From IMG/VR virus record IMGVR_UViG_3300035498_000944: DNA of 64,000 nt; one strand, written 5' to 3'. Shown here piece by piece: positions 57,228-64,000 of this stretch; positions within the stretch are counted from its first letter, which is position 1, and each line of letters begins with the position of its first letter. The translations under genes and the position numbers were made by a program. The notes beneath the pieces were generated by a model. It was not told the origin of the DNA. It saw nothing but the letters and a program-made list of their open reading frames with translations, and ran no database searches. Origin of the DNA: a virus. Lineage: Duplodnaviria > Heunggongvirae > Uroviricota > Caudoviricetes.

Positions 57228-58557
57228 TTAGAGAGATCACCTCTTGCTTACCTAAAGGTTCTCTAGCTTGTGCGGTTATAACACCACTTGGTGATACCGA
57301 TATAGAGAGTAAAATCAAACCTTGTTGGGCTTCTTTCTCTTCTCTAAAGTTGTATAATAAATCACCAATAAAATAATTGTTTCTAGCCAATCTGTCATTA
57401 CCCTGAACTATTCTCAAAGTTAATTGTCTGGCTCTATTCGGATTTGTTACTAACACATTATTGGATATAGGCAGCTTAGAGCTAGGCTCTATAATTCTTA
57501 ATGTCGTACCATTGGACATCTCGATACCTATACCCTTTGTTATGTCAGATACCATAGTTACATCAAGACCCTGCTCTATAAGATAAGCATAATATGCAGC
57601 ACCCATAGCAACTACAGTATCAGGATTATAGATTGAATCTGTAGTTTCATACTGCTTATAATCTGCTATAATATCCCTTAAGTATGGGTCTCTTGTTGAA
57701 CCACCAACCAATAATAATTTTAATTCAGATAAAGGATAGCCGGAATTTTTGACTACCTTGGACATTATACGAATTGTCTTACCAAAAGTGCTATAAACAA
57801 TAGACCTGTACTCATCTGGCGTAAGCTCAAGTCTATCTACTTCAAAAGCTGGTCTTAATGATTCTGACAATTCTATAATTCCATTTGTATGATTTTGCTG
57901 TATGAATCGTTTTATTATTTCACACTGCTCAATCATAGACCTATCTGTATTATCTTCAAACAAATGACGTTTGTGCTCATACTTATTTAAAAGATATTCA
58001 TAGATAGCTCTGTTTAAATCGTCACCACCAAGTTTAATACCATCAGTGCTCTGTACATCTGATATACCAAAAGATGTATCAATTACAGTAACATCAAATG
58101 TACCTCCACCTAAATCGTACACCACAAACTTTCCGGGTCTACCTTTGCTGAAATACATAGCTGCCGCTGTAGGCTCATTGATTAAAGCCCTTACATTTAA
58201 ACCAGCAGCTTCAGCAGCTTTCTTTGTAGCAGACCTCTGGTCATTGTGGAAATAGGCAGGGACTGTGATTACAACATCTTTACTCTCTGTCATGTATTTA
58301 GAGAGTTCAGAGAGAACACATGAGGATGCGAATACAGAAATCTTTCCTGAACTAGATTCTGAAATATTTATTTTATAAGAAGATACAATATCCTTATTCA
58401 TGTTTATCAGATTAGTTCTTTGTTCCGTACCAACCTCCTGCGTTACCATGTTTACAAAAGATGGAACTAATGGTGACAAGTTTTCGACTGTATCAGTTTC
58501 AGAATTATATTTTGAAACTAATGAGTTTGTTGTACCTAAATCAATACCATAAATCAT
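57217..58557 (-). CDS. Hsp70-family ATPase, truncated (nucleotide-binding domain only; DnaK-like)
   Basis: IYGIDLGTTNSLVS phosphate-1, DLGGGTFDVTVID phosphate-2, LLVGGSTRDPYL adenosine motif. 446 aa, lacking most of the substrate-binding domain. Confidence 0.8.
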   Translation of the reverse strand: MIYGIDLGTTNSLVSKYNSETDTVENLSPLVPSFVNMVTQEVGTEQRTNLINMNKDIVSSYKINISESSSGKISVFASSCVLSELSKYMTESKDVVITVPAYFHNDQRSATKKAAEAAGLNVRALINEPTAAAMYFSKGRPGKFVVYDLGGGTFDVTVIDTSFGISDVQSTDGIKLGGDDLNRAIYEYLLNKYEHKRHLFEDNTDRSMIEQCEIIKRFIQQNHTNGIIELSESLRPAFEVDRLELTPDEYRSIVYSTFGKTIRIMSKVVKNSGYPLSELKLLLVGGSTRDPYLRDIIADYKQYETTDSIYNPDTVVAMGAAYYAYLIEQGLDVTMVSDITKGIGIEMSNGTTLRIIEPSSKLPISNNVLVTNPNRARQLTLRIVQGNDRLARNNYFIGDLLYNFREEKEAQQGLILLSISVSPSGVITAQAREPLGKQEVISLNVN

Positions 58558-58629
58558 AAGTTTAAACTCCTTTCTTTATTCTCATTATATATGACTAGTA
58601 GATTAAATATTTCTCACATTATTTTATTT

Positions 58630-59115
58630 TTACACATAACCCTCTATTATGTGAAATATATAATCTAGATAAGGAGTAAAATTACCATCAGCTTTTGATA
58701 ACAAAAGTCTTCCCCTGCGTATTGTTAGATATATGGTTGCACCATGAGGCTTTATTATAATAAGTCCATCCTCAACAGAAACTTCTATGAAGAATTTGGA
58801 TCTATCTAATTCCTCATGCAATCTACAGAAGTACTGATAAATTAGAGGGCAATCCTCAACCATTACGATATTATGATACCTGTATGATAAGTATGGTTCT
58901 TCAAATTGTTTCTCTATAGACCAATCTACAGGTAGGGGATCAGTAGGAAACTCCAAATCTTCAGGAACATTATAGTTAAGACTTGAAGATAAAACCTTCT
59001 CTACTCTACCTTCATTCCATAAAAACATCTGCATAGTGCCATCATCAAGTACAGCCACTGACTTGTTATCAGAGATCACATAATGCGTCAATACTGCCAC
59101 TCCTCTCAAGTGCAT
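58630..59115 (-). CDS. hypothetical protein (start uncertain; possible TTG start after AGAGGAG)
   Basis: The track ORF overlaps the upstream gene by 47 nt. Confidence 0.35.
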   Translation of the reverse strand: MHLRGVAVLTHYVISDNKSVAVLDDGTMQMFLWNEGRVEKVLSSSLNYNVPEDLEFPTDPLPVDWSIEKQFEEPYLSYRYHNIVMVEDCPLIYQYFCRLHEELDRSKFFIEVSVEDGLIIIKPHGATIYLTIRRGRLLLSKADGNFTPYLDYIFHIIEGYV

Positions 59116-60097
59116 GTAACATGTTCTTCAGTATTCTAAGGAATGACCAATGAAGATCTTCCTTATTATATGAACCGAAAATGCTCTTTATCGCTTTAGG
59201 CGTTACTTCTACAAATATCTTATCATCAACCTTAAGCTTTGTCTTCGTACAAGAAATAGAATGTTCTTTAAACTTGTTATTTCTACGAAGTATATCTGCC
59301 AAAATGTTCATATAACTTGATATTAGCAAATTAGGTCTAACAGCAGTATCACATGGAATTAATACTTCTGATTCAGCCAACTCAATATTATTGTTTGTTA
59401 CAATTATAGGAATATGATTTGTCTGTGCTACCAAAAGCTGATTTCTGTTACATCTAAAAATATAGTATTTTATATTATCTTCTGAAGTCAATATGCAATA
59501 ATCTGACGTCTTATCAATAGAGGTCATAACCATAGCTGTCTTGAGGTTATTGATAAGGTACTGCATATTTTCCTCCAAAGTCTTTCCGTTATTGTTACTG
59601 TATTGTAATATAGCGTTAGATATCTTTCCATATGCAACATTGTAAGCTACAATGTTTGAATCGTAAATCATGTCACAGTGTCCTTTTTTCATCTTCATAA
59701 GATAAAAAGATAATCCTTCTTTTGTTATTATCTCATAGGTATAATTACCATGACGAACAACTTTGTGATAAAGATTAGGAAATAATGTGTTGAGATAATA
59801 ACTTCTTGCAGAGTTGTCTATTCTAGACACTAACTGATCAAGTGTAATGTAAGGAGTCTCACCATCATTAAGAATAGCTGTAACTTCCTCATCATATCTG
59901 TAAGCCTGATATAAAGACTTTCTGATTCTGTACTCAACCTCAAGTGGATTAATCTCTGAAAGGTCAAGTCTTGTAGATGTGTTATCAAATATGAGGTTTA
60001 TAATGTTACCACTTACCTCATAGCGGAATTTCTTATTTAACACATCACATATTTCTGTTAACGAATATAAATATTTAAATACCATTGAGCATAACAT
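59069..60097 (-). CDS. hypothetical protein
   Basis: ORF of 342 aa. Confidence 0.4.
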   Translation of the reverse strand: MLCSMVFKYLYSLTEICDVLNKKFRYEVSGNIINLIFDNTSTRLDLSEINPLEVEYRIRKSLYQAYRYDEEVTAILNDGETPYITLDQLVSRIDNSARSYYLNTLFPNLYHKVVRHGNYTYEIITKEGLSFYLMKMKKGHCDMIYDSNIVAYNVAYGKISNAILQYSNNNGKTLEENMQYLINNLKTAMVMTSIDKTSDYCILTSEDNIKYYIFRCNRNQLLVAQTNHIPIIVTNNNIELAESEVLIPCDTAVRPNLLISSYMNILADILRRNNKFKEHSISCTKTKLKVDDKIFVEVTPKAIKSIFGSYNKEDLHWSFLRILKNMLHALERSGSIDALCDL

Positions 60098-61226
60098 TTT
60101 TATTCATCTCCTCCTGTCTTATAAGATCTAGATACTCCTGACTATTATCTCTGTAAATTAATTGCAATTGTCTAGTCATATCCAGATCAATATCTGCAAT
60201 AGCATGTGACCTCATAACAAAAGCCACAGGCGAATCTTTATAAAGATTATTTGACAATATTCGTTCTATATTGTCTATATCCAAGACTGATTGTGTACTA
60301 CCTATAGCAGTCTTTACTGGATATATTTGTAACTGTATACCAAAATATAAAGGAGCATTGGAATATCTATAACCAGTGACAAAACTCTTGTAATAGGGCT
60401 CTGCCCAATTATAAATTCTAAATGCATATTTACTTTCAGATGGTAACTCATTTGGTCTAACAACACATCCATCAGTTAAGTAGCCTAACGTATTCTTAAT
60501 ATCTGAAAGTTTCTTAACAGTATTCATAACATCAAAAGCTGTTGTTAAAAATGTTACTGTATCGAACTTACAACGATATAGAGTATCCATCATTTCAGAC
60601 ATAGTTTTAAACTTAACTGTATCACTATCCATATAGAAAGTCATAACTTTCATGTCCTTAGCAAGTTCTGGTTTTGATAATGCTGTAGCAACTGATGATC
60701 TCTGAGAGACATTGGAATATAATCTTTGTATCTTAGAGAACAAGTCATTTGGGACAACAGCTTCACCATAGACTCTTACTTTTCCTTTTATAGGAATTGT
60801 TTGTGGAAACACTGGTTTAAGAGCACTCGCATCAATAGCATCTGAGGAGCGTCCTCTTGTTAAAATACATATGAGTCTACCATCAAGATAGTCAGCCTGT
60901 ACATTGAACCCATCGGCTTTTACAGAGCAAAATACATTAGACATACTAGATGCTATTTTAGATGCTTCTGTAAGAGTTGTTATACTGGGTATAGATTCAG
61001 ACTTATTTGTGTTTATAACCACATTATGCATCCAGTGGGTTAAATTATACTTCTTGAGTAACTCATATGGACATGTATCTAATGACCAGGAAGTTGCTGC
61101 AAAATCATGTGTCTGTGGATCTTTTAAAAATCTTTGATGTAGTAAAGACCACTCGTAATCTGAAATAAATTCTTGACCTATACTATAAGCCCATCTGGCT
61201 AATATATATTTATCGAAGTCATTCAT
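60075..61226 (-). CDS. hypothetical protein
   Basis: ORF of 383 aa. Confidence 0.4.
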   Translation of the reverse strand: MNDFDKYILARWAYSIGQEFISDYEWSLLHQRFLKDPQTHDFAATSWSLDTCPYELLKKYNLTHWMHNVVINTNKSESIPSITTLTEASKIASSMSNVFCSVKADGFNVQADYLDGRLICILTRGRSSDAIDASALKPVFPQTIPIKGKVRVYGEAVVPNDLFSKIQRLYSNVSQRSSVATALSKPELAKDMKVMTFYMDSDTVKFKTMSEMMDTLYRCKFDTVTFLTTAFDVMNTVKKLSDIKNTLGYLTDGCVVRPNELPSESKYAFRIYNWAEPYYKSFVTGYRYSNAPLYFGIQLQIYPVKTAIGSTQSVLDIDNIERILSNNLYKDSPVAFVMRSHAIADIDLDMTRQLQLIYRDNSQEYLDLIRQEEMNKNVMLNGI

Positions 61227-61707
61227 TTAACTCATCCTTTTCAATTTGGTGTACTAATTTATAGACTTTACGTTTTGTGTCTGTTATTAATGTAGGCACT
61301 TCCAGAGTGTACTTAGTTTTAAAATAATCAGCTGATGTATACAAATCTCTCATATGGAAAGGTATATATGATGAAAACTCTTTGTTAACACAAACAGTTA
61401 TTGCATTCATTTTCCTTTCAAGAAGATTAACAAATCTTACATCATCAACATCATCTATAATGATTGTTTCATAACTCTCTGGTAAAAATGCTAATTTTAC
61501 CTTTATAGAATCGATAAAGAAATTCTTTCTAATAGATAGGATTTTGTCTAATAAAACTTTATGGTCTTCAGCCTTATGACCAGGATACACCCAATCTAAA
61601 ATTGCGTACATACTGATAATGTAGCAGTTAGGAATCTCCTGTGCCATTAATTGAGAGACCAGAGTTTTTCCTTGTTTATGTGCACCACAGATAGCAATTA
61701 TACGCAA
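61219..61707 (-). CDS. P-loop NTPase / small nucleotide kinase-like protein
   Basis: Walker A MRIIAICGAHKQGKT at the N-terminus. Confidence 0.4.
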   Translation of the reverse strand: MRIIAICGAHKQGKTLVSQLMAQEIPNCYIISMYAILDWVYPGHKAEDHKVLLDKILSIRKNFFIDSIKVKLAFLPESYETIIIDDVDDVRFVNLLERKMNAITVCVNKEFSSYIPFHMRDLYTSADYFKTKYTLEVPTLITDTKRKVYKLVHQIEKDELNE

Positions 61708-61710
61708 TTG

Positions 61711-62202
61711 TTAGCCCTCCTTAAACCCGCCTAAGATTATACTGCAAGTTGTTTCTTTAGCACCTTCCCCGGAATCGATATATGCGATTGCTGGAATACT
61801 TATCTTGTTTAAAATAGTTTCTCTCTTTGTTACATTAGATGAAGAAATTTGTTTATTTCTGACACGCACCTGTACTGAAAACTGGGAATCCAATTCTACT
61901 AAAAGGTCTACATAGGGATTCTCTTCTAAGAAATAGTTCTTTATGAAGAGACTGTTATTCATAACAGTAATATTACATGTGTCATATTTTGGATCCTTCA
62001 ATTCTTTTTGTAAGGTTTCTGGCAAATCACCTTTCACCTGGACTGTACTTAATCCTAAGTACACTGCCTTCTCCAACTTATCAGAGATTTCACCTTTATA
62101 CTCTGATAATGTGTTTTCTCTAATATTATAGGAGAAATACAAGTTATCAATTTTTACAATAGTGTCATCATTACTATTTGTAAACACATCGGTTATACGC
62201 AT
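61711..62202 (-). CDS. hypothetical protein
   Basis: ORF of 163 aa. Confidence 0.4.
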   Translation of the reverse strand: MRITDVFTNSNDDTIVKIDNLYFSYNIRENTLSEYKGEISDKLEKAVYLGLSTVQVKGDLPETLQKELKDPKYDTCNITVMNNSLFIKNYFLEENPYVDLLVELDSQFSVQVRVRNKQISSSNVTKRETILNKISIPAIAYIDSGEGAKETTCSIILGGFKEG

Positions 62203-62214
62203 AGTTTGTCCTCC

Positions 62215-63171
62215 TTACTTAAATAGTCTGCTTGGGTCACTATTAACTTTCTGTAAAAATAAAGCAAAGTGACAATAACTGTTTGGTTTTAGATTACCAA
62301 TTTTAGCTCCTTGCTTAATGGACTGATGAGCTTTAACGTCTATGGTATCTAAATGTCCATATAAAGTCTGTATGTTGAATCCATGAGATACAATAACATA
62401 TTTACCTAACTCCTCAGATTCTCCTATTTTACAAACAATACCATTTAGAGCACTGTTCACTTGTGTATTATCTGTAGCAAGAAAATCTATACCCTTATGA
62501 TTTATTAAAGTATCATCTCTTTTTGTTGTACCATACACTGTTGATATTTTAGAGTCTGGCACTGGATAAGCTATCTTACTAGTCTGTCCTATATCATACT
62601 GATTTAGATACTGAGCATATATTTTTAAAGAGCCTTCGTAAGTATTTTTAGATTGATAAAACATATCTTCTGTAATTGTGTCATCAGACTCTATTATAGA
62701 GGCTAATACATATTTATCATAAGCATCTTTCAATGCAGCTGTAGCCTCATTTAATTCATCACGTGCTTTTACATAATCTTCTTCAATACTAAAAATTTCA
62801 TCTATATCTGCATCAGCATTAACAGCAGCTACAAGAAGTTCTTCTAAATCGGATTTCTTTTCTGTTAGAGAATCCACATCTAGAGACTTCTCTGTATTTT
62901 CATATTCAGCATATAAAATAGGAGCAATCTTCTCCTCAGCCACTTTTGAATAATACATATCTTTGTAACTATTGTATGTTACATAAAGGTCTGAGAGAGA
63001 CTCTTTGGTTATGGGATTCTCAGCTTTGCTAGAAATCAATCCATAATCAAAGAGAAGGTCTTCCTCAGTAGAGGCATAGCACATTGTAGTACTTATTAAG
63101 CAAATTGCTAATGCAGAAGTTAAAAATCTTAACTTCAATAGATTACCTCCTTTAAATGAGAGTGTCCTCAT
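62215..63171 (-). CDS. secreted M23-family peptidase (peptidoglycan endopeptidase-like)
   Basis: Signal peptide. C-terminal HKGIDF, YGHLDT and CHFALF blocks match the LytM/M23 HxxxD and HxH zinc sites. Confidence 0.65.
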   Translation of the reverse strand: MRTLSFKGGNLLKLRFLTSALAICLISTTMCYASTEEDLLFDYGLISSKAENPITKESLSDLYVTYNSYKDMYYSKVAEEKIAPILYAEYENTEKSLDVDSLTEKKSDLEELLVAAVNADADIDEIFSIEEDYVKARDELNEATAALKDAYDKYVLASIIESDDTITEDMFYQSKNTYEGSLKIYAQYLNQYDIGQTSKIAYPVPDSKISTVYGTTKRDDTLINHKGIDFLATDNTQVNSALNGIVCKIGESEELGKYVIVSHGFNIQTLYGHLDTIDVKAHQSIKQGAKIGNLKPNSYCHFALFLQKVNSDPSRLFK

Positions 63172-64000
63172 TATTAAGTATATTAATTCTCTCAGACAGG
63201 AATGAAGAGTACTGTGTTCCTGACTTAGGTGCTAAGCCCATCAACAATCTTGAAAATGCAGAATTAAGTTCATCCGTCTTACTGAACAAAACAGCTGAAG
63301 AAAATACCTGCTTGAAGTTTTGGAAAGATAAACCTGATAAGAAGTCATTTCCATATAATGGTGTATCCTTAGTACTAAGAATAGTTGGCTCAAGTTCATA
63401 ATTACAACTGTCCAAATTAGCAACCTCTTGATTAGTTAGAACAGTACCAATTGGAACTTTGCAATTATTTGACTTGTGATTTACAACAATCCATCTTGTC
63501 ATTTCTGACGCCAAAATCTCAGCATGTATAGGTGCAACAGAAGCTTGACTGAAATAAATTGTAAATATAGAATTTACAATATATCTCTGTGCTGTAGTTA
63601 TACCACCATACCTCAATAACTCACCAACATCAAGATTACCCTGAGATAAAGATAAGCCTTCACCTTTGTGCACGTAATCTTTTAAAACAGGATAACCATC
63701 AAGGCGTAACTTTCTATTACTATCACCAATCATAACAATAGTAGAGTTACCATCCTGTTCAGAGAATACCTCACCCTCAGCCCAAGATACAGGATCATAA
63801 TAAGGATTACTTGCTGTAACTTTAGTTAAGTTAATAATATCTTTAATCTTATCAAAGTCAGATGTGATATCAGCCTTAGAAGCTACACCACCCTTTTGGA
63901 AGTTTCTCATGGCTAACTGAGTACCAGGTTCACCAATTGACTGAGCAGCTATGAATCCAATAGGAAGTCCACGTATTGCTCTTCTATGAATAGAAAGATC
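63152..64000 (-). CDS. multisubunit RNA polymerase beta-prime-like subunit, C-terminal part (5'-partial; the gene continues beyond the window end)
   Basis: The reading frame is open upstream of the track's ATG to position 64000. It translates as ...[38 protein letters not shown], matching the bacterial RpoC trigger-loop block [25 protein letters not shown]. Confidence 0.75.
   Translation of the reverse strand, partial: DLSIHRRAIRGLPIGFIAAQSIGEPGTQLAMRNFQKGGVASKADITSDFDKIKDIINLTKVTASNPYYDPVSWAEGEVFSEQDGNSTIVMIGDSNRKLRLDGYPVLKDYVHKGEGLSLSQGNLDVGELLRYGGITTAQRYIVNSIFTIYFSQASVAPIHAEILASEMTRWIVVNHKSNNCKVPIGTVLTNQEVANLDSCNYELEPTILSTKDTPLYGNDFLSGLSFQNFKQVFSSAVLFSKTDELNSAFSRLLMGLAPKSGTQYSSFLSERINILNNEDTLI

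Noticed and set aside
1-64000. Prophage integration signals (integrase, att sites, transposases, IS elements).
   Set aside because: No integrase, transposase-like ORFs or flanking direct repeats were recognised in this window. The window appears to be internal to a large lytic-type genome.

Overview
This 64-kb window is AT-rich (about 30% GC by eye) and almost entirely coding, with essentially every gene on the minus strand and RBS-like AAAGGAG/GGAGG motifs upstream of the starts. The content looks like a large (jumbo-type) bacteriophage or phage-derived element rather than a bacterial chromosome. It has a family-A DNA polymerase with exonuclease and polymerase motifs, RNase HI, a C-terminal fragment of a multisubunit RNA polymerase beta-prime-like subunit that runs off the right edge, a truncated Hsp70-like ATPase, a giant FtsK/SpoIIIE-like membrane ATPase, a LigA C-terminal-only protein, two tRNAs, secreted cell-wall enzymes (M23 peptidase, glucosaminidase-like, transglutaminase-like) and many small unknown genes. 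A SpoIIID-like regulator, a copper-amine-oxidase-N-like secreted protein and a pspA-ydjGHI-like operon point to a spore-forming Firmicutes host (inference). The striking accessory content is a contiguous island of about 20 kb (6990-27130). It runs SpoIIID-like, flotillin, 13 tandem paralogous BspA/DUF285-like 26-residue LRR-repeat proteins, then a complete PspA / zinc-ribbon / TPM / SPFH operon, followed by an ADP-ribose-removal module (NADAR plus PARG-like macrodomain). The LRR paralogs share a conserved N-terminal module and C-terminal cassettes, and two small zinc-ribbon ORFs are embedded among them. No CRISPR array, integrase, transposase or reverse transcriptase was recognised. All family assignments come from motif recognition by eye and need HMM or structure confirmation.
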